Assembly (NCBI GenBank): GCA_033763455.1
Contig: JANRKO010000045.1
Location: 1 to 64,000, forward strand
DNA from: Polyangiaceae bacterium
GTDB taxonomy: Bacteria > Myxococcota_A > Polyangia > Polyangiales > Polyangiaceae
Direction: 5' to 3'
Length of the DNA stretch: 64,000 nt
In this document: positions 1 through 8,074 of the stretch, piece by piece
Position numbering within the stretch: position 1 is the stretch's first letter
Layout of the letters: every line of letters starts with the position of its first letter
Position numbers and translations under genes: made by a program
Notes under the pieces: model-generated
Database searches by the model: none
Seen by the model: only the letters and a program-made list of their open reading frames with translations
Told to the model about the DNA's origin: nothing

Positions 1-51
1 ACCATTTGGCCAAGACCTGCGCGATGTTTCCTCCGAACGCAATTCCAATAA
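1..51 (+). CDS. possible extreme C-terminus of the intron-encoded RT/maturase (TIWPRPARCFLRTQFQ*)
   Basis: Frame 1 stops at 49-51, just before DV, where intron ORFs usually end. Only 16 codons are visible, so frame and identity are unverified. Confidence 0.3.
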   Translation, partial: TIWPRPARCFLRTQFQ

Positions 52-137
52 ACACAAACCGAAGAGCCGGATGCGGGAAATTCGCAAGTCCGGTTCTGTA
101 AGGAGCACCGGGTGGCAACACCCGGTGTTTACTTGAT
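1..137 (+). mobile_element. 3' end of a group II intron (domains V and VI); the rest lies upstream of the window
   Basis: DV at 64-96: GAGCCGGA-UGCGG-GAAAU-UCGCA-AG-UCCGGUUC, with the AGC catalytic triad (65-67) and a 2-nt bulge. DVI at 100-134: 12-bp stem GAGCACCGGGUG/CACCCGGUGUUU, GCAA tetraloop and bulged A131. Ends in AY (GAU) at 137, with the bulged A 7th from the end. Confidence 0.93.
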
Positions 138-276
138 GAGCAGCCCCCAAGATCCCCGAGCCCGTCGTCGTAAGCGCGCCCGCCGCGCCAAGAAAAACCT
201 CGAGTGGGAGATGAACCGCGAGAAAGAAAACGCGGAGTCCACCAAGCCTAAAGCCGCCGCTAAGACGGCGACTTAA
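136..276 (+). CDS. small basic protein, 46 aa (MSSPQDPRARRRKRARRAKKNLEWEMNREKENAESTKPKAAAKTAT), below the ORF-track cutoff
   Basis: ATG 136-138 to TAA 274-276; G/C-ending codons; Arg/Lys-rich N-terminal half and Ala/Lys tail; followed by a terminator-like hairpin. Confidence 0.7.
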   Translation: MSSPQDPRARRRKRARRAKKNLEWEMNREKENAESTKPKAAAKTAT

Positions 277-322
277 ATCCTGAGACCAAGCCGGGTGGGA
301 GGCTGGTAACGGCCCCACCGAA

Positions 323-357
323 CCCGCGCTGTGCTCCCCGCAGCGGGATCCTTTTGT
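323..357 (+). terminator. putative intrinsic terminator after the small ORF
   Basis: CCCGC(G)CTGTG/CGCAGCGGG stem followed by ATCCTTTTGT. Confidence 0.45.
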
Positions 358-396
358 CGGTCTAGCGGGTCCCGGGGGACTAGTTGTGGGATTTTC

Positions 397-422
397 GGAG
401 TACTTGGCATGCCAAGTACTCC
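397..422. promoter_or_regulatory. perfect 26-bp palindrome upstream of clpS (operator or hairpin)
   Basis: GGAGTACTTGGCA|TGCCAAGTACTCC is its own reverse complement; followed by ACCTTTTT. Confidence 0.55.
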
Positions 423-556
423 ACCTTTTTGTCGAGCGCCTAGGAGGACACAACAAAGCCTCCGCGCGGCGGCGGGTACTGGGTCGCCTCCGGGCGAGGT
501 GTGTCCCGGCGCCCCCCCCTCGACAACAAGGGCACAAGTCACAACAATTTGGTTGG

Positions 557-901
557 ATGGCAGTGAGCAAGCCTGGGGGCACCCCCAAGGAAGACGACGG
601 CCTGGCCGTCGCGGACAAACCGAAGACCGAGCGGCCCCGCCGCTACCAGGTGGTCTTGCACAACGACGACTACACCACCATGGAGTTCGTGGTGCACGTG
701 CTGACGAAGTTCTTTCACCTCAGCGACACCGAAGCCACCTCCATCATGCTCCAAGTTCACCACAAGGGTTACGGCATTGTCGGCCTCTTCACTCGTGACG
801 TCGCCGAGACCAAAGCTTCGCAAGTGATGGAGTACGCGAAGGAACATGGGCATCCGCTGAAGTGTACGGCGGAGCCGGAAGGGTTGGGCGATTCCGAGTG
901 A
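557..901 (+). CDS. clpS: ATP-dependent Clp protease adaptor ClpS
   Basis: YQVVLHNDDYTTMEFVV and MLQVHHKG motifs; stop overlaps the clpA start (GTGA); start set at ATG 557. Confidence 0.97.
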   Translation: MAVSKPGGTPKEDDGLAVADKPKTERPRRYQVVLHNDDYTTMEFVVHVLTKFFHLSDTEATSIMLQVHHKGYGIVGLFTRDVAETKASQVMEYAKEHGHPLKCTAEPEGLGDSE

Positions 902-3153
902 AAGTCAGCGCTGAAGTTGAGATTGCGTGTTCCCTTGCACACCGTGAGGCCCAGCGTCGGCGCCACGATACGCTCACGGTGGAGCACCTCCTCTACGCAC
1001 TCCTGCACGACGAGGCCACAGCTCGGGTGTTGCGAAAGTCAGGGGCTAACCTCGAGAAGATCCGAAAGGAGCTGGAGCGGGTCTTTGATCAAGAGTTCAC
1101 ATCCGTGCCGGGCACCGAAGAAGTGCACCCCGAACCTTCTCGCGGTTTTCAGCGTGTCCTCCAACGCGCCGCAATTCACGTCGAATCCAGCGGAAAAGAA
1201 GAACTCCGCGGCTACAACGTGATGATCGCTATCTTCGCCGAAGTGGAGTCGATGGCCGTGCACGCCCTCAATCAAGCGGGCGTTACGCGTTATGATCTTG
1301 TCAATTTCGTCTCCCACGGCGTAGCGAAAGACGCCGGAGATGAAGGCGCTGATGCTCCCACTGAATCAGGATCCGAGGCCGCGGGAGAGGAGCCCGAGCC
1401 GGAGCCCAACCCGCTTGAGCGCTTTGCCTCCAACCTGAATGAAAGAGCCCTCGCCGGAGAAATTGAGCCACTCGTTGGGCGGGAAAAGGAATTGCGACGC
1501 GCCATCCAGGTGTTAGCTCGTCGCCGCAAGAACAATCCCATATTCGTTGGGGATTCCGGGGTCGGGAAAACTGCCATTGTAGAGGGGCTCGCGGCGAAGA
1601 TTGCGGCGGGACAGGTGCCAGCTCCACTAAGAGACGCCGTGATCTACGCACTCGACATGGGCAGTTTGGTGGCCGGCACAAAATTCCGGGGGGATTTTGA
1701 GAACCGCGTGAAGGCGATCTTGAAGCAACTAGAAAAGGTGCCTGGCTCCATCCTCTTCGTGGATGAAATGCACACCATCGTGGGTGCGGGCGCTGCCAGC
1801 GGTGGCAGCTTAGACGCGGCGAACCTGCTCAAGCCCTCCCTTTCCAGCGGCAAGCTGCGCTGCATAGGCGCCACTACGTTCGAGGAGTACCGCAGCCATA
1901 TGGAGCGCGACCGCGCTCTCGCTCGGCGTTTCCAGAAGATCGAAGTACTCGAACCCTCGCTTGAGGAAGCCGTTCTGATCCTCAAGGGCCTGAAGGCCAA
2001 GTATGAAGAGTTCCACAAGGTCACGTTTACGGACGCGGCGCTTGAGGCCGCGGTGAACCTCGCCGCCCGTCATCTTCACGACCGGAAGATGCCAGATAAG
2101 GCCGTCGATTTGATGGACGAAGCTGGAGCTGACGCGAAGCTCGAAGCTGGGGACGGAGCAGTTGTAGATGTGGATCGCATCGAGGCGGTTCTAGCGCGGA
2201 TGGCGCAGATCCCGCCCAAGCAGGTTTCAAGTTCGGACAAGAGCTCGCTCAAAAGCCTCGAATCTGATCTTAAGAAGGCTGTCTTCGGTCAAGACCGAGC
2301 ACTGCAGGAGCTCGCTACCGCTATCAAGCTGTCACGGGCCGGCCTTCGTCCTGCAGAAAAGCCCATAGGGTCCTACCTATTCACGGGTCCTACCGGAGTC
2401 GGGAAAACGGAGGCCGCGCGGCAGCTCGCCAAGACGCTCGGCATCGAACTCGTGCGCTTCGACATGAGCGAGTACATGGAGCGGCACACTGTGTCTCGCC
2501 TGCTGGGGGCACCGCCAGGCTACGTCGGATACGATCGCGGCGGCCTCCTCACCGAAGCCATCGCGAAAACGCCCCACTGTGTGCTGTTACTGGATGAAAT
2601 CGAAAAGGCGCATCCCGACGTTTTCAACGTACTCCTGCAGGTGATGGATCACGGGACGCTCACCGATAGCAACGGAAAAAAGAGTGACTTTCGTCATGTG
2701 GTCTTGATCATGACGAGCAATGTGGGGGCCCAAGATCTACAGCGGCGCGTGCTCGGTTTTGGCGAGCGAAAGAGCGCCGGGCGAGAAGAAGTCGCCATGA
2801 AGAACACGTTCAGCCCAGAGTTTCGCAACCGTCTAGACGCTCGAATCTCGTTCGATCCGCTCTCTCCGGAAGTGATGGAGAAGGTCGTTTCCAAGTTCAT
2901 GAGGGAGCTTGATGAGCAGCTCAAGGAGCGCCAAGTTACGATCAGCCTCACTGACAAGGCGCTCACGTATCTAGCGGACAAGGGCTACGATAAGGACAAC
3001 GGCGCCCGTCCATTAGCACGCTTAATTCAAGACGAAGTGAAGCGCCCGCTGAGCGATGAGCTGTTATTCGGAGCCCTTGAAAAAGGGGGCCACGTTGCGG
3101 TGGACTTCCGCGATGGAAAGCTCGTATTCGACATCCGCGCCCACTCGGAATAA
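898..3153 (+). CDS. clpA: ATP-dependent Clp protease ATP-binding subunit ClpA
   Basis: Clp N-domain (EHLLYALL), two AAA+ modules (GDSGVGKT, GPTGVGKT), RFDMSEYME, GARPL; directly after clpS. Confidence 0.97.
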   Translation: MKVSAEVEIACSLAHREAQRRRHDTLTVEHLLYALLHDEATARVLRKSGANLEKIRKELERVFDQEFTSVPGTEEVHPEPSRGFQRVLQRAAIHVESSGKEELRGYNVMIAIFAEVESMAVHALNQAGVTRYDLVNFVSHGVAKDAGDEGADAPTESGSEAAGEEPEPEPNPLERFASNLNERALAGEIEPLVGREKELRRAIQVLARRRKNNPIFVGDSGVGKTAIVEGLAAKIAAGQVPAPLRDAVIYALDMGSLVAGTKFRGDFENRVKAILKQLEKVPGSILFVDEMHTIVGAGAASGGSLDAANLLKPSLSSGKLRCIGATTFEEYRSHMERDRALARRFQKIEVLEPSLEEAVLILKGLKAKYEEFHKVTFTDAALEAAVNLAARHLHDRKMPDKAVDLMDEAGADAKLEAGDGAVVDVDRIEAVLARMAQIPPKQVSSSDKSSLKSLESDLKKAVFGQDRALQELATAIKLSRAGLRPAEKPIGSYLFTGPTGVGKTEAARQLAKTLGIELVRFDMSEYMERHTVSRLLGAPPGYVGYDRGGLLTEAIAKTPHCVLLLDEIEKAHPDVFNVLLQVMDHGTLTDSNGKKSDFRHVVLIMTSNVGAQDLQRRVLGFGERKSAGREEVAMKNTFSPEFRNRLDARISFDPLSPEVMEKVVSKFMRELDEQLKERQVTISLTDKALTYLADKGYDKDNGARPLARLIQDEVKRPLSDELLFGALEKGGHVAVDFRDGKLVFDIRAHSE

Positions 3154-3253
3154 CGGCCCCGCACATAGGGCATTTCTCGGCTGGCTTGGCTCAAGCACAG
3201 CTGGCTCCGCACAACGCATGGCAAGGTACCTTTCGGACTAGTGCCGCCAGCAC

Positions 3254-4318
3254 TCACTCCTTACTTGGTGCCGGCTGCGCGGGGTTAGGCTTTGCACTCG
3301 CCCTCACCTGGAGCGCCAACGAACATGAATTAGCCTGGCGCGCCTGGGCTGCTGCACTCGCCGCTGAAACCTCGGCACTACCAGCCGCCGATACGAGGCT
3401 GCCTCCCGCCCAACCTCGTATCCTCAAGAGGGGTGCCCCATCTTTCACCCGCCAAACCCCCACTCGCGCAAAGTGAGGGACGCGTTGGAGCTGCTCTTCG
3501 GGTGTTTCAGGATCGCCGGGCGCTAACGCCGGTAAGCCCTCAGCCGGAGCCTCGTCAAGGACGATGGTGGCGTAACGCGCCTGAGTCCAAATATCGACCG
3601 CAATCGGCACGTCATGCTGAATGACGCTTTCAAGATCGCGCTCGTAAGCTGTAATCGCTAACTCGCTGTCAGCCAAATGCAACTCGTCCGTCCACTGCGG
3701 TGAGAGAACCCGCAGTGCTCGATACGCCAACCGCATGTTGTATGGCCGCGGTGGCTCAACGCACACGTTGTATTCGTTGCACAGAAAGTGAGGCTGGCAC
3801 GCCGAAGATGTCACACATGGCGGCCCTACTGTGGGATCGTAGGCACGAGAATTTCTAAAGAAACACGCCGTGAACCCGTCGTGCAGAGAACGGACGGCCG
3901 CTTTGCGCAAACTTACGGCCTCTCGTGCGTTCTCAAGCCGCACTCTTAGATACACACCGGGCGACCGCGCCACCTCCTCGTAGTCCCAAGCATCCCCCAC
4001 AAAGGCCGGGCTAGAGTTGGTTGCCAGCTCACGTGCCCACCCCTCCATCTTCTCCCCAAACGGGACAAGCTTAGGTCCGAGCACGCTCGCAACGGCACGC
4101 TGCTTCCCCATAACCTGAGCACGCATTTGCACCAGTGCGCGTTGGGCAAACCACCAATAGATGAGGAGCACCGCGCTCAGGACCACCAAAGCCCAAATCC
4201 AGAACTGGGGTGGCATAGCCCGCACTCTCACCTTGCCCGCCACAAGTGCCCGACGGCGCTCGTGCCGGGAAACAGCAAGCGACGGGAGGCCTCGGTCAGA
4301 CTCCGCTCGGCGGCTCAA
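3254..4318 (-). CDS. hypothetical membrane-anchored protein with a Cys-rich insert
   Basis: 354-aa ORF; N-terminal TM (FWIWALVVLSAVLLIYWWF); CVTSSACQPHFLCNEYNVC cluster. Confidence 0.75.
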   Translation of the reverse strand: MSRRAESDRGLPSLAVSRHERRRALVAGKVRVRAMPPQFWIWALVVLSAVLLIYWWFAQRALVQMRAQVMGKQRAVASVLGPKLVPFGEKMEGWARELATNSSPAFVGDAWDYEEVARSPGVYLRVRLENAREAVSLRKAAVRSLHDGFTACFFRNSRAYDPTVGPPCVTSSACQPHFLCNEYNVCVEPPRPYNMRLAYRALRVLSPQWTDELHLADSELAITAYERDLESVIQHDVPIAVDIWTQARYATIVLDEAPAEGLPALAPGDPETPEEQLQRVPHFARVGVWRVKDGAPLLRIRGWAGGSLVSAAGSAEVSAASAAAQARQANSCSLALQVRASAKPNPAQPAPSKE

Positions 4319-4479
4319 GGCCTCTCACTCCTCATCTGATCGTAGGCCCTCTTGAACGTTCGCTTGGCAGCCAACAACTCACACGTCGTCATCAAATGCG
4401 ACTCTGCGCCGGCTGCTAACGAAAGCAACGCGGCGCAGACTCTTGACTTGCTTAAGTCGACCCGACGGCTGGACGGCAA

Positions 4480-5070
4480 TTACTCGCCACCACCGCCCGA
4501 GCTAGCACCACCCAGACGCCCAACCATAAAGCTCACGTTCGGGAAGCCACCTAGGGCAGCCGTCTGAAACACACTTTTTACGACCAACGCAGGAACCTTG
4601 CGGTCGACCTGAAGCACAACAACACCTGGGAAAGGCTTACCAGGGTTCAGCTGAGACCAAAGATCCCGCTTTGCCTTCAGGCGTGCGAACAGGTCGTCGA
4701 TTTTCTGGAGCCGGTTGGCCTCAATAATCGCGCGAGTGCTTCCTGCCGGGTTACCGTCAACCAGAATCTGAGTGCCGGTAATCGCCACGATCGGTGCGTC
4801 CGTCATGTCGATAACGTTCTCTGCCTTGGGCAGTTTCACGTTCTTATCGATAGGAAGCTCACCGCTTGCGGAAAAGCTTGCCAACAGGAACAGCACGATA
4901 CAGAGCAGGAAGTCGATGAAGGGGATGAGCGGAATTTCCTGATTCACCGCTCGACCACCGCCACCCAGCACCTTCTTCCGCACGAAGGCCAGTGGGACCT
5001 TGTGCATGAGCTGGCGGCCGGGAACGGAAATCGCCTGATGAAAACGGCTTAATGCTTTTTCTGAGCTCAT
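4480..5070 (-). CDS. aglS: ExbD/TolR-family protein, AglS-like gliding motor subunit
   Basis: TM with the conserved Asp (IPLIPFIDFLLCIVLFLLASFSASGE); third gene of a TolQ-TolR-TolR operon; resembles remembered M. xanthus AglS features. Confidence 0.75.
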   Translation of the reverse strand: MSSEKALSRFHQAISVPGRQLMHKVPLAFVRKKVLGGGGRAVNQEIPLIPFIDFLLCIVLFLLASFSASGELPIDKNVKLPKAENVIDMTDAPIVAITGTQILVDGNPAGSTRAIIEANRLQKIDDLFARLKAKRDLWSQLNPGKPFPGVVVLQVDRKVPALVVKSVFQTAALGGFPNVSFMVGRLGGASSGGGGE

Positions 5071-5073
5071 GGG

Positions 5074-5631
5074 TCAGTTCATCGCAAAGGTGACGTTAAA
5101 GGCCGGGAACTTCTTGAGCTTGCCACCCAGATCGTAGTCCCGCTGGGGCGTGTAGATGGCGTCAATCACCGCAATCACGTCTGAAAACGGAGTGGAATTG
5201 TCGGTATGGAGCACAGCCTGATCGAGCTTCTTGTCGCTCGCCGCGCGATGAGTGCCGTTCTTGGTCCACTCCTCCTTTATTTTCGCAGCTAGATCCGGAT
5301 ACCGGTACTCGTCAGCGCCGGCGTTGACCTTCTTTCGGTCAACGTCGATCGTGTTCACGACCGTGCTGCCCTCTTTCCAAACCAACTGGAATTTATGCTC
5401 GCCGCGCATTTCCACGTGCAGCTGCTTCTCCTTCTTCTGTTCCTCCGGGGGATCAGAAGTTGGAGGCCCAGGAACTCGAGCGTCCGCGTTGATGCGAGCC
5501 ATCTGTGACCATACTGCCGTAACCAGCAGGAAGGCGACCAGACAAAGCAAAAAATCAATGAACGGAATCAGCGGGATGTCGTGATTCGTGGCGCGTTTGC
5601 CACCATGCCCGCCTACGTCAATACCTGCCAT
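5074..5631 (-). CDS. aglQ: ExbD/TolR-family protein, AglQ-like gliding motor subunit
   Basis: MAGIDVGG...PFIDFLLCLVAFLLVTAVWSQ (TAVWxQ as in AglQ); TPFSDVIAVIDA C-terminal motif. Confidence 0.75.
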   Translation of the reverse strand: MAGIDVGGHGGKRATNHDIPLIPFIDFLLCLVAFLLVTAVWSQMARINADARVPGPPTSDPPEEQKKEKQLHVEMRGEHKFQLVWKEGSTVVNTIDVDRKKVNAGADEYRYPDLAAKIKEEWTKNGTHRAASDKKLDQAVLHTDNSTPFSDVIAVIDAIYTPQRDYDLGGKLKKFPAFNVTFAMN

Positions 5632-5729
5632 GATACTTCTCCGGGTGCTCCGTCAAAACCTGACGGGTGTTGGAACCGGCGCGGAGCCAATCTTTGGGTC
5701 CGCGCCTGATTCAGAGGGAGATCGAAAAC

Positions 5730-6389
5730 TCAACCAGCCTGCTCAAGACCCTGGAGGTTCACCTTCTGCCGATTTGCGACAACAAGGTTCAGAACCTGAA
5801 CGGAAGCCTCATTGATATCGTCTTCCAGTGATTGAGTCTTACCGTTGAGAATAGCGAAGCCGACAAGGGCCAAGATAGCGGCGATAAGGCCGAAGGCAGT
5901 GCAGTTCATAGCTTCCGAAATACCCTCAGCAAGAATTCGAGCTTTCTGGCTAGGATCGATCGCCTCACCACCGACGGCGCCGAATGCCTTGATTAGGCCG
6001 ACGATGGTGCCGAACAGACCGGAAAGCATCGCGAGGTTGGCGAATAGAGCCAGGTACCCAGTGCGCCTGTTGATCTTCGGCATCTCTCGGAGGGCCGACT
6101 CATCCATGGCCGACTGAACTTCGTCGTCCGGGCGATTCACTTTCACGAGGCCAGCCTGAACGATTCTAGCGAGCGGTGCGTTCGCAGCCGAGCACATCTT
6201 GACCGCCTTAGCCACGTCTCCGGCGAGGATGCACTTCTGCATGGTTGCCAAGAAAACATCCTTGTTGATGGAAGCTCCGAACAAGTAGACGGAACGCTCT
6301 GCAATGACCGCAATCGAGCAGATCAACCAAAAGAGGATGATCCACATTGCCCAACCGCCTGCCTCGTAGTGATGCCAAAGTGACGACAT
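5730..6389 (-). CDS. aglR: MotA/TolQ/ExbB proton-channel protein, AglR-like
   Basis: IAERS, GLFGTIVGLI and GISEAMNCTAFGL motifs; leads two ExbD-like genes. Confidence 0.8.
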   Translation of the reverse strand: MSSLWHHYEAGGWAMWIILFWLICSIAVIAERSVYLFGASINKDVFLATMQKCILAGDVAKAVKMCSAANAPLARIVQAGLVKVNRPDDEVQSAMDESALREMPKINRRTGYLALFANLAMLSGLFGTIVGLIKAFGAVGGEAIDPSQKARILAEGISEAMNCTAFGLIAAILALVGFAILNGKTQSLEDDINEASVQVLNLVVANRQKVNLQGLEQAG

Positions 6390-6541
6390 TAGTTACTTAC
6401 CTTCCGGCTGAAGCCTGGTGCTCTTGAAGTGCTTGGTACTGAGCTCGCCCCGTGTTTGGGTGCTAGCCCGAAGTACCTAATGGAGATGTTTGAGGTTCAA
6501 CTCTTACTCGTGATCCTGCATGGTACACGGAAGAGGGGTGC

Positions 6542-6571
6542 ATCTTGCTGAAAGCCCCCGGGTTCCGTCAA
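6542..6571 (-). promoter_or_regulatory. candidate sigma70-type promoter for aglRQS
   Basis: Minus strand TTGACG-N18-CAAGAT, about 150 bp upstream of the aglR ATG. Confidence 0.4.
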
Positions 6572-7266
6572 GGAGAGAATGCAGCGGCGCGACAGTTCGT
6601 ATGCTGCAGGAACTTTCCTCCGCTGGTATTCTGCGGAGAGGGGCTATCCGCCTTCGAGGTGCGGTGAACAGGGTGGTCTTCCCTGCAGGTTTCTGCAGAC
6701 TAAGAAGCCGCAGGGTCAGTTGCTCCGTCAGGCTGTGCGACTTTCGCCTTCATCCTCGTACACGCACTTACTTCCACCAACTGGCCTGACCCTGCCTAAC
6801 CCTCCACGGGTTTCGGTCGGAGCCCCGAGGGTGCGGCTCCGAGGCCACGCCCCACAAGTGAGACCCAGGTGCGCTAGCCGGCCATCTGGAGCATGCGAAG
6901 GCTCGTCCTGCGATCCACGCCGCGAGCCGACCGATGACGCGCGATCTAGAACGAGCATCGGTTCACGCCGCGCATTCATTCATGAGTACATGAGTACGCC
7001 TCCAAGCCGGTGCCGAGAGGGTTGTACCGTTTAGCGCTCCCGCACTCGAATGTCATCGCAGCGAGCGGCTGCGTTCGGCTTATGGAAGCAACAAAAATCT
7101 TCTTCTTTATTTGCGCCCATGAATGGCGACCAAAGGAGGGAGGCACGGTCGAAAAGAAGCGTGTTTATTCGAGGTTTCTCAAACATTATACGGAACTTAA
7201 AAACGGCCGCTCATTCGGCCTAAATGATTTGCGCGTACGGACTAATGTTTTCCAACAAATGCCCGC

Positions 7267-7296
7267 TTGCAGAAGCGAAATGCCCGCGGCTATAGT
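7267..7296 (+). promoter_or_regulatory. candidate sigma70-type promoter for the second motor operon
   Basis: TTGCAG-N18-TATAGT, preceded by an AT-rich tract, 87 bp upstream of ATG 7384. Confidence 0.45.
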
Positions 7297-7383
7297 CCTG
7301 GGCTAGTCTCAAACACAATTGTTCCGCATGAGCGACGTCACAAGTAGTCGACCTAGTGGATGTAGCAGAAAGGGCGATGGGGA

Positions 7384-8043
7384 ATGCAGCTCCTCCTAGT
7401 TGCAGCTGAAGGCCAGCTGATCGAAGCATTCAAACACAACCCGACCTTCATGGTCCTCAATCTCATCACGTCCGCCATCGTTTTGACGATCGTGGTTGAG
7501 AGGTTTATCTTCCAATCCAGCCGTTATCGGGTAAATTCCAAGGAATTTTTCGCGCAGGTGAAGAAATTGGTGGCCGCGGGCAATATCGATCGCGCCATTA
7601 AGCTGTGTGAAGCGAGCGATTATCCGATTCTGCAGCTTGTAAAGGCGGGCCTTACGCACGCCAACAAGGGTGCAGACGAGGTAGATGCCGCACTCAGCGA
7701 AAAGCTCGGAGAGCTCAAGCCTCAAGCTGAGAAGCGGATCGGGGCCCTCTGGTCCTTAGCAAACATCGCAACCCTCATTGGGCTACTGGGCACTGTTTCC
7801 GGTCTGATCGCAACCTTTGCAGCCATCGCGGCGCCAGGCCTGAACCAGGCCGATAAGCAGTCGATGCTTTCAAACGGTATCGCTGAAGCGATGTATAATA
7901 CGGCGCTCGGTCTGGGTATCGCCGTGTTTTGCATGATAACCCACGTGATACTTCACACGCGCGCGAAGAACATCCAGCACGATCTGGAGAGCACTGTGGA
8001 ACGCACTTTCAACCTGCTCACTATCCAACGCGCCGGCCAGTAA
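7384..8043 (+). CDS. MotA/TolQ/ExbB proton-channel protein (AglR paralog)
   Basis: IVVERF, GLLGTVSGLI and GIAEAMYNTALGL motifs. Confidence 0.93.
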   Translation: MQLLLVAAEGQLIEAFKHNPTFMVLNLITSAIVLTIVVERFIFQSSRYRVNSKEFFAQVKKLVAAGNIDRAIKLCEASDYPILQLVKAGLTHANKGADEVDAALSEKLGELKPQAEKRIGALWSLANIATLIGLLGTVSGLIATFAAIAAPGLNQADKQSMLSNGIAEAMYNTALGLGIAVFCMITHVILHTRAKNIQHDLESTVERTFNLLTIQRAGQ

Positions 8044-8074
8044 ACCAGCGTTCTACCTTCAAACCCGGACTGCC

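Noticed and set aside
2..136. Open frame reading ...KSRMREIRKSGSVRSTGWQHPVFT*
   Set aside because: It is the conceptual translation of intron domains V-VI, a common spurious ORF; the RNA structure explains the sequence.
294..319. GUAA-capped hairpin resembling a second intron domain VI
   Set aside because: There is no domain V before it and no bulged-A/AY terminus.
386..556. N-terminal extensions in the ORF track (clpS from 386, clpA from 862, mrdA from 16258, SNF2 from 28258, RCC1 from 45890)
   Set aside because: They overlap neighbouring genes or hairpins; downstream starts fit domain boundaries and gene coupling better.
6535..6550. Sigma54-like GG-N10-GC (AGGGGTGCATCTTGCT)
   Set aside because: Poor match to TGGCAC at -24, and it overlaps a better sigma70-type candidate on the other strand.
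6520..7429. Short ORFs in the inter-motor spacer
   Set aside because: Arg/Ser/Pro-rich, mutually overlapping and without motifs, typical of high-GC noise.
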